Shown here: positions 21,446 to 30,768 of the stretch, one piece after another
Numbering within the stretch: position 1 is the stretch's first letter
How the letters are laid out: every line of letters starts with the position of its first letter
Source of the DNA: a virus
Taxonomy: Duplodnaviria > Caudoviricetes
Direction: 5' to 3' (one strand)
DNA: 64,000 bases
IMG/VR virus record: IMGVR_UViG_2901966883_000003
Translations under genes and position numbers: made by a program
Notes under the pieces: generated by a model
The model's input: only the letters and a program-made list of their open reading frames with translations
What the model was told of the DNA's origin: nothing
Database searches by the model: none

Positions 21446-21958
21446 TTGGTAGCAACTAAAGGTGTAAAGTACCCAGATAAAGAATTGTATAACTTTGTTA
21501 TGCAAGAGCTAGACAAGCGTGGTATTAACGAAATCGAAGTAGGTAAAGTAGCTTACGAGTTACAACACGAATACTATCCAGAAGTTACAGTAGAACAATT
21601 TGGCAGTGAATTAAAGAACGTGTTAAAGAAACGTGAAGTACTTAATATCTTGGCTGTTGGGTTTGAGCTAGATAACTTAGCAGCAGAAAACAAGTTAACT
21701 CCAGTATTACATACTATCATTGCAAATGATTTAGGTATGTTTGGTGTTGATGAAGCCTTAGCGTTCAATATTACACAGCTATACGGTACTATCTCAAGCT
21801 CAAACTTCGGTTTAGGTGACAAGGTTAAATTAGGGTTAGCTAAGAAACTTGATAATGAAGATGGTAAAGTGAATACATTTGCTGATGATTTATTCTTAGC
21901 ATTATGTAGTGCTGTTGTGGCACGTTTTGGACATGGTTCTGCGTTAGCCTTACAGTAA
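21446..21958 (+). CDS. pgpA: Phosphatidylglycerophosphatase A (YutG/PgpA family)
   Basis: VLKKREV, D.GMFGVDE, YGTI..NFG..DK, NTFADDL motifs. Confidence 0.8.
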   Translation: MVATKGVKYPDKELYNFVMQELDKRGINEIEVGKVAYELQHEYYPEVTVEQFGSELKNVLKKREVLNILAVGFELDNLAAENKLTPVLHTIIANDLGMFGVDEALAFNITQLYGTISSSNFGLGDKVKLGLAKKLDNEDGKVNTFADDLFLALCSAVVARFGHGSALALQ

Positions 21959-22181
21959 TGCACAGGGTCTATTAATTGTAAAAGGTTAATAGGTCATAGG
22001 TAGGGATAACCTACCAAATAAAACTAATTTTGGTACAAGGCATAGTACTAAAAGTCACGTCAATCGCCTTGCATTAGCAATACTTGAGCTATCACATGTT
22101 TTTGAGAGCATGGCAAGGCATAGGCACATACCGTTAAATATACGTGCCGAGAATTTTTAACAACTTTGGAGGTACTAGACT

Positions 22182-22865
22182 ATGAAAGAGTTTAGTGTAA
22201 AAGAAATTAATGAATTGTTGGGTGTAAATGACGCATATAAAGCACCACAAAAGGTGATGGACGTCATGTTAGATGATAAGAAACGTGAAGAAATGTTTAA
22301 GCGTTTCTTGAAAGTAGAAACAGATGTAAGTCGTGATTGGTTTAGAGAGTATTTCCAAAAGGAACAAGCAGAACGTAAATCTAAGAAACAAGATTTTACT
22401 CCAGATTCCGTTGCTAAATTACTCAATGCACTAATCAGTGGCAAAGACAAGAACGATAACATTTACTATGAACCAGCTGCTGGTACAGGTAGTATCTTAA
22501 TTTCCAAATGGCAAAGAGATAGAACATACAACCCAGTAGCAAGTCGTCAATCACTTGTACAATTACTTACATCACCAGTTATGACTTATGACCCTCGTGC
22601 TTACTGGTATCAAGCAGAAGAACTATCAGACCGAGCATTGCCATTCTTAATCTTTAATATGGCTATTCGTGGTATGAATGGTGTTGCTATCCAATGTGAT
22701 AGTTTAACTCGTAAAGCTACTCACGCTTACTTCATTCGCAACAATACATCTGATTATTTGAAGTTTTCAGAAGTAATTGAACTTCCTAAGACAGATGAGT
22801 TCGCACAAGAATTGAATGTAATTTGGGTAGATGAAAACGAGGTAAATGACAATGACATCATCTAA
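22182..22865 (+). CDS. N-6 DNA methylase-like protein (SAM-binding half, no NPPY motif)
   Basis: QDFTP, YEPAAGTGS. Confidence 0.7.
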   Translation: MKEFSVKEINELLGVNDAYKAPQKVMDVMLDDKKREEMFKRFLKVETDVSRDWFREYFQKEQAERKSKKQDFTPDSVAKLLNALISGKDKNDNIYYEPAAGTGSILISKWQRDRTYNPVASRQSLVQLLTSPVMTYDPRAYWYQAEELSDRALPFLIFNMAIRGMNGVAIQCDSLTRKATHAYFIRNNTSDYLKFSEVIELPKTDEFAQELNVIWVDENEVNDNDII

Positions 22866-23259
22866 GTTTTGTGGCACAGAAGTACGTAAGGAACTATTAG
22901 ACAGGTACAATCAAGTCTTAGATGTCGCAGCTGAATATGGTTACAAGCCTTCATCTTATGGTGTTAGGGGCGATGTAATCAAATCAATTCATGCGATGTT
23001 TACAGACAAACAAAATGACAACGTAAGAGCATTTGCTTTGCGTGTAAAGATTAAGGGTTCTGTACCTGTAACATATGTAGCTGAATTAAAGACACGTAGC
23101 GACATGATTGACGCACCAACGGTTATTTTAGACAACAACAAACTGCTGGCATCCAATTCAGTAGATGAATTTAGAGATTTTGTTGATGAATTAAGAGGGA
23201 AAACAAAACCTATCATTAAGGTTGATGAAGAAACAGAAGAAATCGCTTTGGAGGTTTAA
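22846..23259 (+). CDS. Hypothetical phage protein
   Basis: In-operon ORF. Confidence 0.65.
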   Translation: MTMTSSKFCGTEVRKELLDRYNQVLDVAAEYGYKPSSYGVRGDVIKSIHAMFTDKQNDNVRAFALRVKIKGSVPVTYVAELKTRSDMIDAPTVILDNNKLLASNSVDEFRDFVDELRGKTKPIIKVDEETEEIALEV

Positions 23260-23262
23260 TTA

Positions 23263-23817
23263 ATGAAATATTTGGAACTATTAGAAAAAGTAGAACAATG
23301 GGCTAAAGACAGAAATTTAGACACTGTTGAGGCACGTACTCAATACTCTAAATTGATTGAAGAACAAGGCGAGTTAGGGTTAGCTATGTTGGAAGACAAC
23401 ATCAATGGTGACTCTGGGGTAAAAGATAGCTTAGGTGATTATCAAGTAACCTTAATTATCTATTGCTTAATTCGTGGTATCGACTTTAAGAAACAAGTTG
23501 AAGAAGAAGGTAGTTTCTGGACTGAGTATGATGACCTTGCCCAAAAACATAAGGAAGAGGGGAGCTTTGATGTTAATAAAGTATTCATGTACTTGGTTTA
23601 CAGTAGTTCACGTATGATTGCTGCCTACAATAAAGATAAGAATATCCATCTTGAACATCTTTCAGTTGTACGTATTTTAGAAGGTTTGCATGAAATTGCT
23701 ACTGAATACAATACTAGCTTAGAAGAAACTCTTGAGATGGCATACAATGAAATCAAAGACCGTAAAGGTAAAATGATTGACGGTGTGTTTGTCAAAGAGG
23801 CTGATTTAAAAGACTAG
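23263..23817 (+). CDS. MazG-like NTP pyrophosphohydrolase
   Basis: QWAKDRNL, KLIEEQGEL, KDSLGD, AYNEIKDRKGKMIDGVFVKE. Confidence 0.8.
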   Translation: MKYLELLEKVEQWAKDRNLDTVEARTQYSKLIEEQGELGLAMLEDNINGDSGVKDSLGDYQVTLIIYCLIRGIDFKKQVEEEGSFWTEYDDLAQKHKEEGSFDVNKVFMYLVYSSSRMIAAYNKDKNIHLEHLSVVRILEGLHEIATEYNTSLEETLEMAYNEIKDRKGKMIDGVFVKEADLKD

Positions 23818-23830
23818 AATTGTCAAGCCT

Positions 23831-23890
23831 AAAACATCTTCATTTTTGTGTGAATATATATTGACTTACTTCTCTAAAGTTATTATAATA
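23831..23890 (+). promoter_or_regulatory. Phage promoter driving tnpB-1
   Basis: TTGACT-17-TATAAT plus the shared 37-bp upstream block. Confidence 0.7.
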
Positions 23891-23929
23891 TAGAAGATAA
23901 ATTTATTATATCAATTTTGTGAAATAAAG

Positions 23930-25099
23930 GTGGTGAGTAAGATGTTAAAAGGTGTTAAATTACGCATATATCCAAATAAGGAGCAACGTAAACAGTTAGA
24001 TATTATGTTTGGGAATAGTCGTTTTGTTTGGAATAATATGTTAGCTATGATGAATGAGCGTTATAAGAATAACAAAGATTTGCCTATATTGAGTGGTTAT
24101 GACTTGAATAACTTACTAAAGCCATTGAAAGTTGAATATCCATTTTTGAAAGAGAGTGATAGTTCTGCCTTGCAAGTAGATTGCCAAAATCTATATCAAG
24201 CGTGGAAGAACTTCTTTAATTCTGGTTTTGGCAAGCCTAGATTTAAATCTAGGAAATTCTATAAGCAATCATATACGGGTAAGTTGGTAAGTATCCATGT
24301 AATAGCTAAAAGATATATGAAAATGCCTAAGCTAGGATATATCAAGACTAGCAAAACATCTCAACTCACTGATTGTAAGATTAAACGCTATACGTTAAGT
24401 CATGATACAACTGGTCGTTATTATTTATCTTTACAGGTAGAATGTGAAAACCAAGCATTGTTACCTAAGACAAATAAAGCAGTTGGACTAGACTTAGGTG
24501 TAGCAAATTTAGCTATTTCTTCTGATGGAATTAAATACGATACATTCCATGTTGAAAGTTTAGAGAATAAAGCTAACTTGTGGCAACGTAAGTTTTCTAA
24601 GCGTAGACATCAAGCTAAGGTTTGTATTGAGAGCGACAAATACTCAAAAGTATTAGTGCCTAGAGATTTTGATGATTTTAAAAATCTGCAAAAAGCTCAA
24701 AGAGCTAAAGCTAGATTACAAGCTAAAATAGCCAACACACGCAAAGATTACTTGCATAAATTAACCACAATGTTAGTTAAACAATACGATACTATCATTA
24801 TTGAAGATTTAAGAGCTAAGAATATGATGAAAAATCATAAACTAGCAAAAGCAATCGCTAATGGTTCGTGGTACTTATTCCGTTCTATGTTGGAATATAA
24901 GTGTAATTGGTATGGGAAACAACTAATAGTAGTTAGTCCTAAATACACTTCACAAGTATGTTCTAACTGTGGTGTAAATACAGGTAAGAAACCATTGGAT
25001 GTTCGTGAGTGGACTTGTGATAATTGTGGTACACATCACGATAGAGATATTAACGCTGCTAGAAATATCTTAGCTAAAGGATTAAAACAAGTAGCTTAA
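23930..25099 (+). CDS. tnpB: TnpB RNA-guided endonuclease (tnpB-1)
   Basis: N-terminal HTH (LRIYP), RuvC D (GLDLG), E (IEDL), D (RDINAA), CSNC/CDNC zinc finger. Confidence 0.93.
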   Translation: MVSKMLKGVKLRIYPNKEQRKQLDIMFGNSRFVWNNMLAMMNERYKNNKDLPILSGYDLNNLLKPLKVEYPFLKESDSSALQVDCQNLYQAWKNFFNSGFGKPRFKSRKFYKQSYTGKLVSIHVIAKRYMKMPKLGYIKTSKTSQLTDCKIKRYTLSHDTTGRYYLSLQVECENQALLPKTNKAVGLDLGVANLAISSDGIKYDTFHVESLENKANLWQRKFSKRRHQAKVCIESDKYSKVLVPRDFDDFKNLQKAQRAKARLQAKIANTRKDYLHKLTTMLVKQYDTIIIEDLRAKNMMKNHKLAKAIANGSWYLFRSMLEYKCNWYGKQLIVVSPKYTSQVCSNCGVNTGKKPLDVREWTCDNCGTHHDRDINAARNILAKGLKQVA

Positions 25100-25219
25100 A
25101 TAAGCAAAACGGTATGGGACGTACCGTGGTAATATATCTAGGTTCTGTAAGTTAGGCTTAGTCCTAAATACTACCTAGAGTTCCCAGAAACCACCGATTT
25201 TAATAGGTGTGTAGTCCAT
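25100..25219 (+). ncRNA. Putative omega-RNA of tnpB-1 with degenerate right-end hairpin
   Basis: GGTA-TGGGACG-TACC, GTGGTAA...GAGTTCCCAGAAACC layout; imperfect terminal hairpin. Confidence 0.6.
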
Positions 25220-25275
25220 AACCTATCGTTGCTGCTAGGCGGTTAGACATGAGTTTCGAGTACTCAATAGGGTTA
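25219..25275 (+). ncRNA. tRNA-like element without anticodon arm
   Basis: T-arm TGAGT-TTCGAGT-ACTCA closed by an imperfect TAACCTAT/ATAGGGTTA stem. Confidence 0.45.
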
Positions 25276-25304
25276 TTAACTTAAAATAGAAAGAAGGAAT
25301 TAAA

Positions 25305-25811
25305 GTGGAATTAACAGTATTTTTACAAAATGGTGCTACATACCACTTCATTGACGTAGAAAATGTTAGTGATGATATAATTTTAGAATTTGATTATTAT
25401 GGGCAAACAGTGAGCAAGAAACGTCATGCTATGTTTGATTTAGAAAAGATTGCTGGCTATGCAGTAGACAATGAAAAGGTTGAAGACGATAGTACAGACG
25501 ATGAAAAGGACGTAAAAGTCCCATTGAAATATCAAGAACATATTGATGTAGACCAAGCTATTGACGATTTACTTAATTTCGATACAGAAAACGGTGACAA
25601 AGAAGTAGCTAAAATAATCAATGACCGCTTATATACAGCTATTGTTCAAGACTATATGGAAAAGAATAGTAGTGATATTGACGGATTAGATACAGAAAAA
25701 TATGCAGAAGAATTAGGCAACTATTTTTTTTATCTACTCTGGAAAAAGATAGTAAAAGAAGTAGATAAAGAGGAAGCAGAAAAGGCAACAGAAAAGGATT
25801 TAGAATTTTAA
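25305..25811 (+). CDS. Hypothetical phage protein
   Basis: AAGGA RBS, GTG start. Confidence 0.65.
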   Translation: MELTVFLQNGATYHFIDVENVSDDIILEFDYYGQTVSKKRHAMFDLEKIAGYAVDNEKVEDDSTDDEKDVKVPLKYQEHIDVDQAIDDLLNFDTENGDKEVAKIINDRLYTAIVQDYMEKNSSDIDGLDTEKYAEELGNYFFYLLWKKIVKEVDKEEAEKATEKDLEF

Positions 25812-26119
25812 TGAGCCTAGAGAAGATATTTAACAAGTTGCATAAGGGAAAAGAGCTAAACAATTCAGATAAGCAATACATTGTAAATGCTTATTATGAC
25901 GGTGAGTTAGATAACAGCCCATTAATCTCTAGCATAGAAGATAATGATTATGAAATCATTGTCGTTCCTAATTTTGCTAATCAAGATTATGGATATGCTT
26001 TTGATATTACAGGGTTATATAACCAATCTACTAACTCATACGAATATGAACAACCGTATAAGGTTCGTAAAATGGTTCGTGTATATACCGAGGTAGAATG
26101 GAATAGAGTTCTTAGCTAA
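25811..26119 (+). CDS. Hypothetical phage protein
   Basis: TAATG coupling. Confidence 0.65.
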   Translation: MSLEKIFNKLHKGKELNNSDKQYIVNAYYDGELDNSPLISSIEDNDYEIIVVPNFANQDYGYAFDITGLYNQSTNSYEYEQPYKVRKMVRVYTEVEWNRVLS

Positions 26120-26221
26120 TAACAATGCGACTCTAAATTAATTATAAAAGAAAAAGCATGTCAGCAGCGATAGCTGACTTTTATTATACAAAGAAACATA
26201 AAAGAATGGAGAGAAAATAAT

Positions 26222-26365
26222 ATGACAGGATTAAAAGCACAAGTAAAGAAATTCATGAAATCAAAAGGAATTAACACAATTACATTAGCGAACGGTAGTC
26301 GAGTTAAGTTACAAAATGCTAAGACAGTTGATATTCTCAACGCGGCATTCAAGTTAGGATTCTAA
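26222..26365 (+). CDS. Small basic protein (47 aa, MTGLKAQVKKFMKSKG...)
   Basis: GGAGA RBS; below ORF-track cutoff. Confidence 0.6.
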   Translation: MTGLKAQVKKFMKSKGINTITLANGSRVKLQNAKTVDILNAAFKLGF

Positions 26366-26389
26366 TTAAACATAAAGCAAGGTGAATTA

Positions 26390-26734
26390 ATGACAGAAGA
26401 AAACAACGATTACAAGATTTTATATTACATTTATCCAAAAGAAGATATTTACGAAAACATTAAGTATGATGAAGATACAGGCTTACCCAAGAGCTATGAT
26501 GGCTTAGTATTCGTAGCAGACTTCTTATATCCTGTATTTGAACAAACATCACGTACGGTCATTGTATTTGACGCTTCACGTTTTGATGAAGTAGACGGAG
26601 ATAATCGTTTCCGTTCTCATTCTGGTTTCAAACGTAAGGAATTTGAAGAATGGGTTGAAAAAGATACACGTATTGTACGTATTGAAAAAGATGAAATTGA
26701 CAAGCTCCTTGCAAGTAAAGAGGTGGCTGAATAA
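26390..26734 (+). CDS. Hypothetical phage protein
   Basis: AAGGTGA RBS; coupled to tdk. Confidence 0.7.
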   Translation: MTEENNDYKILYYIYPKEDIYENIKYDEDTGLPKSYDGLVFVADFLYPVFEQTSRTVIVFDASRFDEVDGDNRFRSHSGFKRKEFEEWVEKDTRIVRIEKDEIDKLLASKEVAE

Positions 26735-27399
26735 TGGCTCAACTATTCTTTAAGTATGGCACTATGAACAGTGGTAAGAGTATCGAATTACTCAAAACAG
26801 CTCATAATTATAGAGAACAGGGTAAAGAGGTTATTATTATGACAAGTGCCTTAGATACACGTGATGGTGTTGGAACGGTTGCTAGTCGTATTGGTTTGTC
26901 AGAAGACGCTATTGCTATCAATGCAGATGACAACTTGGTTAATGTGGTATATAAGAACGCTCAAGATAAAGATAAACTTAGCTGTGTTTTAGTTGATGAG
27001 GCACAGTTCTTATCAAAGAGTAATGTGCATGACCTTTGCAGAATAGTAGACTATTATAATATGCCAGTTATCTGTTATGGCTTAAAGACTGATTTTCGTG
27101 GTGAGTTATTCGAGGGGTCAGAAGCATTATTAAAGTATGCAGATAAGCTAGAAGAAATCAAAACAGTTTGTGCAAACCCAACATGCCAACGTAAAGCCAC
27201 AATGAATGCAAGGCTAGTAGATGGTAAGCAAGTAACTGATGGGGAACAAGTTGTAATAGGTGATGAAGAATATACATCACTATGTAGATTTCATTGGAAG
27301 TTGGGTAGGTTAAAAACTGCTGTTATGAAAGATGTTGACAACAAAAACACACCAGTCGAAGAAATCGTTGATAGAATAGTAAAAGTAAGTAGCAAATAA
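26734..27399 (+). CDS. tdk: Thymidine kinase
   Basis: YGTMNSGKS, VDEAQF, YGLKTDF, lasso cysteines, Y.SLCR.H. Confidence 0.95.
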   Translation: MAQLFFKYGTMNSGKSIELLKTAHNYREQGKEVIIMTSALDTRDGVGTVASRIGLSEDAIAINADDNLVNVVYKNAQDKDKLSCVLVDEAQFLSKSNVHDLCRIVDYYNMPVICYGLKTDFRGELFEGSEALLKYADKLEEIKTVCANPTCQRKATMNARLVDGKQVTDGEQVVIGDEEYTSLCRFHWKLGRLKTAVMKDVDNKNTPVEEIVDRIVKVSSK

Positions 27400-27592
27400 G
27401 TATAAGGTATTAGCTCGTAGTGGGTTAGTACCTTATTTTAGTATGTTTAGGTGCTGACAGACGCATTCTAAGCACGAGTTCAGAACATTAAACAGACAAA
27501 CCATCACAAATACACCTTAAAATGCGTGTATACGACATCTAGTTATATGATTACTATGATATAAACTTCTCTGTATTTTCCAATTTTGTTAT

Positions 27593-27620
27593 ACTTTCGA
27601 TAACGTATCTTATGTAAACT
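27593..27620. other. dif: Firmicute-type dif (XerC/XerD) site
   Basis: ACTTTCGATAA-CGTATC-TTATGTAAACT; right arm equals the B. subtilis dif XerD arm as recalled; lies at the strand convergence. Confidence 0.75.
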
Positions 27621-27649
27621 AGATAAATAAAATAAGTTGACAATACAAT

Positions 27650-27685
27650 AAAAGACCTACACTATTACGGTGTGGGTCTTATTTG
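27650..27685. terminator. Terminator at strand convergence
   Basis: AAGACCTACAC / GTGTGGGTCTT stem with A/T flanks. Confidence 0.7.
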
Positions 27686-27687
27686 TC

Positions 27688-28026
27688 TTACCTAGCCTTT
27701 TGGCTTCTTCTATATGTTATGCTATCGTCTACCCCACGAGCCAATCTCTCTTTGGTTTCACGCACTACCTCATTCAAAGACCATCTCATGTCATAGTCTA
27801 ACTCATCTGTTGTGTCAAAGCCTATTACTTCTACACCATTTAATTTGCCACGAAATGTTACTCCACCATGCACTAGCAAGTCATCTTCATCACCGTTATG
27901 CCAGCAATCTGGTAGTTCAGCATAACCATTAAAGCTGCCAAAATTGTTGCGTGTGACATACCAATTCACATTGTAGTCATTGCCTTGATTAACAATATCC
28001 TTGTTGATTTCACCCATGTACTCCAT
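27688..28026 (-). CDS. Hypothetical phage protein
   Basis: NGYA...VHGGVTF...IGFDT motif common in phage proteins; GAGGTG RBS. Confidence 0.7.
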   Translation of the reverse strand: MEYMGEINKDIVNQGNDYNVNWYVTRNNFGSFNGYAELPDCWHNGDEDDLLVHGGVTFRGKLNGVEVIGFDTTDELDYDMRWSLNEVVRETKERLARGVDDSITYRRSQKAR

Positions 28027-28043
28027 CTAAATCACCTCTAAAT

Positions 28044-28133
28044 AAACAAAAGGACGGAACTAAGTCCCGCCCAAATCGTCATACTGGGGTTACCAGCCCC
28101 CAAATAGTGATATACACTATCTCATCATCACAC
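28044..28133 (-). ncRNA. Putative type I antitoxin RNA (divergent)
   Basis: TTGACT-17-TATAAT promoter (28166-28138); 5' end complementary to the toxin start region; terminator 28044-28072. Confidence 0.65.
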
Positions 28134-28235
28134 CTATATTATAACTCTAAAGAATATAATAGTCAAAACATGTTATAATATTATTAGTGCTAAGGTCTAC
28201 CAAACCTTAATAATGCACTAGAAGATGGTGATTAT

Positions 28236-28322
28236 ATGCTATCTCTCATCACAAACCTAGCAATAGGTATAATCACTGGTTTGCTTGCAAACTGGTTGTA
28301 TGACATCTTGAAGAAGCGTTAA
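28236..28322 (+). CDS. Putative type I toxin, 28 aa (MLSLITNLAIGIITGLLANWLYDILKKR)
   Basis: Single hydrophobic helix with basic tail; own extended -10 (28171-28179) and terminator (28363-28386). Confidence 0.7.
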   Translation: MLSLITNLAIGIITGLLANWLYDILKKR

Positions 28323-28389
28323 AGCTACGGCAATCACGTTGAGTTGAGATGTTGTTATAGAAAGCCTACTTCGGTGGGCTTTTTGTTTA

Positions 28390-28474
28390 TATAAAAAGCA
28401 AGCCTAACAATAGTGGAAGTGAAAGGCTCGCTCAAGTAATCTCACAAAGCAAGATTATCAATTTATACTTTATA
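28390..28474 (-). ncRNA. Putative small RNA
   Basis: TG-n-TATAAT at 28480-28488; terminal hairpin with CTTTCACTTCC loop and U tract. Confidence 0.4.
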
Positions 28475-28651
28475 CTGTTATTATATCACATCTACAAACT
28501 CATTTCAATGAATGAGAACATTATCAATCCAATACTAAAAATAGCCAAAATAATATAGAACAAACAGCCTACGCACCCAACCAAATCACGCATATTAACT
28601 ACCTACCCTTCTTAATTTTTGAAAAATCTCTACCTATTATATAGGGGTAAT

Positions 28652-29209
28652 TTAGTACCCTATTCTAAACCCTTCTAAAGAGTCTCCTAACTCATCTTCC
28701 GTAAGACCAATGTATCTCATAGTAATGGTTTGGCTAGAATGGTTAAATAGCTCCATCAAATAATATATGTTTTTAGTCTTACGATAATACCACAAACCAA
28801 ACGTCCTCCTCATAGAGTGTGTAGTAAACCCTATTCCACCTAATTCATTATCAATGCGTTTGAATAGCTTATATACATTCTGCACCGTTATATGTTTACT
28901 CTTATCATAGCTAGATGAGAATGCCCAATCACTATCATCTTTGCCTTCGATATAATCACGCACAATATCTTGTACATTATCTAGGAATAACGTTCTCTTT
29001 TTACCAGTTTTCTTCTCTGTGATTTCTGGTCGCTTGGAATGTCTTAAAGTACCTATTTTGAGTTTTACTATATCAGAACATCTTAACCCAGTGTTAATTC
29101 CAATCAAAAATAAGAATGTATCACGTTCTGGATAACGAGTTCGTCTTAAATAGAATAACACATCATCTATCTGGGCTTGTGTTCTAAGTGGTTTAGAATT
29201 GTAAACCAT
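28652..29209 (-). CDS. Small tyrosine recombinase (resolvase-like)
   Basis: TGLRCSD, EKKTGK, HSMRRT, FNHS, MRYIG: R-K-H-R-H-Y complete. Confidence 0.92.
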   Translation of the reverse strand: MVYNSKPLRTQAQIDDVLFYLRRTRYPERDTFLFLIGINTGLRCSDIVKLKIGTLRHSKRPEITEKKTGKKRTLFLDNVQDIVRDYIEGKDDSDWAFSSSYDKSKHITVQNVYKLFKRIDNELGGIGFTTHSMRRTFGLWYYRKTKNIYYLMELFNHSSQTITMRYIGLTEDELGDSLEGFRIGY

Positions 29210-29540
29210 ATTTTCACCTCAAAACCTACTTTACTGATTACATACATTATACTACTTTTTCGATAAAGTATAAATGGTACAAATACGGTTTGTTGAAAAG
29301 ATGGGAAATGACTTTATCGAATTTATACAAAATAAGTAAAGTCTAAAATTAGTGGATTTTTCTAATGATTTATATAAATAATTATCGTATTCTTTACATT
29401 TGCTTGAGAAAAACTTCGTACAATATTCAATGATTAGATTTAAGATTGTAAATAATCAGAACGGATGTATAAGCTCACCCATTAACATCTGTTCTGTGTT
29501 TTGCTTTGAAAAGTAAATAGATGTGTGATATACTTAGAAA

Positions 29541-29642
29541 TGGAAAAGGGACTACCGAGTACCAGTCGATAGCCCCAATCGTGATTTGATTGAACCAAAG
29601 TGTGGTAGACGTTAACCTTTACGGTTAGCGTCTTTTATTTTG
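29541..29642 (+). ncRNA. Putative type I antitoxin RNA (convergent)
   Basis: TTGAAA-17-TATACT promoter; terminator hairpin overlaps the toxin stop codon. Confidence 0.55.
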
Positions 29643-29755
29643 CTATAAGCCCAAGCAGCAGCAATAATTATACGGTGTAGATTGCCGAATAATACCGCCA
29701 GTGCAAAAGCCATACCAAACAAAATGTTACACCTCAGCTCTTCTCGTGTTGTCAT
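29612..29755 (-). CDS. Putative type I toxin (47 aa, or shorter from an internal TTG)
   Basis: ...LFGMAFALAVLFGNLHRIIIAAAWAYSKIKDANRKG; hydrophobic with basic tail; 5'/3' UTR complementarity. Confidence 0.55.
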   Translation of the reverse strand: MTTREELRCNILFGMAFALAVLFGNLHRIIIAAAWAYSKIKDANRKG

Positions 29756-29981
29756 AACCCATCACCCCGTTTTGATTAAGAATGTGGAAGGTGTACGGTT
29801 CGCAACAAAATCACTAAATCATCGCTAATCAATACAAAAGACTAGCAACAACCTACCTATATTATAACTCTATTTAAAACAAAAACCACTAACTCATTTC
29901 TAAGCTAGTGGATTAATTAATTATTAAAAACCAAGACTAACCACCGTCTTAAACGGTCGCTCAGACTAGGAATTGCCGTTC

Positions 29982-30365
29982 CTATTTATAATCACGAAAT
30001 GATTTCAATGAAAAATAATCATCTCGTTCTTTGATTAATGTTGATGGAGTGATTTCTACGACTACTCTCATGAAATCTGGTACGTCTTTATCAGCAATAG
30101 TGATATACTTCAATTCTGGGAAGTCCTCATCACCAACATATCTCGTGTGCATATCAGCTTCTGTGTATTCCTCATTCGTGAAATCATCAGCATAAACATT
30201 ACTACGAATTTGATAATTTAATTCGTCCATACATTCAAAAGCTAAATCTTCGGCTATTTCTTCTGCTAGACTTTGGTTATCTACAACAGTATATCTAGTA
30301 GTACTTGTCATATAGCCAGTTCTATCATATGTTCTAGCGTCAATCATTAACACTTGATTGTACAT
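29982..30365 (-). CDS. Hypothetical phage protein
   Basis: GAGGTG RBS. Confidence 0.65.
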   Translation of the reverse strand: MYNQVLMIDARTYDRTGYMTSTTRYTVVDNQSLAEEIAEDLAFECMDELNYQIRSNVYADDFTNEEYTEADMHTRYVGDEDFPELKYITIADKDVPDFMRVVVEITPSTLIKERDDYFSLKSFRDYK

Positions 30366-30368
30366 AAG

Positions 30369-30650
30369 CTACACCTCTGTTCTTGGCTTACTCATATCAA
30401 TGAACTCTTTTTGGTTCTTAATTAATGTATGTTCTGACAAGCCATGCTTATCCAATACATCAACTAATTTCATATCTTCATCTTCAATTACATAAATATA
30501 TTCATCAAAGATAGATTGTTGTAAAGCCCATTTTGGACTCCATGTCGCAGCGTCAACACGTCCTAAATATTTTGTGCTATGTGCGAACACAATCTTTTCT
30601 CCATCTAATGACTTACCTTTAATAAATTCCCATTGTACTTGTTTACTCAA
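30369..30650 (-). CDS. Hypothetical phage protein
   Basis: AAGGAGGG RBS. Confidence 0.65.
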   Translation of the reverse strand: MSKQVQWEFIKGKSLDGEKIVFAHSTKYLGRVDAATWSPKWALQQSIFDEYIYVIEDEDMKLVDVLDKHGLSEHTLIKNQKEFIDMSKPRTEV

Positions 30651-30768
30651 ACAAGCTAATCCCTCCTTATATCAGTATCAATATGTATCGAAGTGTTATT
30701 ATAGTCTAACCAAAATCTAAACTGGTTACCATAACAACACTATAAACTTTCGGTGTGTAAGAATAGTC

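Noticed and set aside
21998-22150. Hairpins between pgpA and the MTase-like gene as a riboswitch
   Set aside because: No recognisable aptamer consensus
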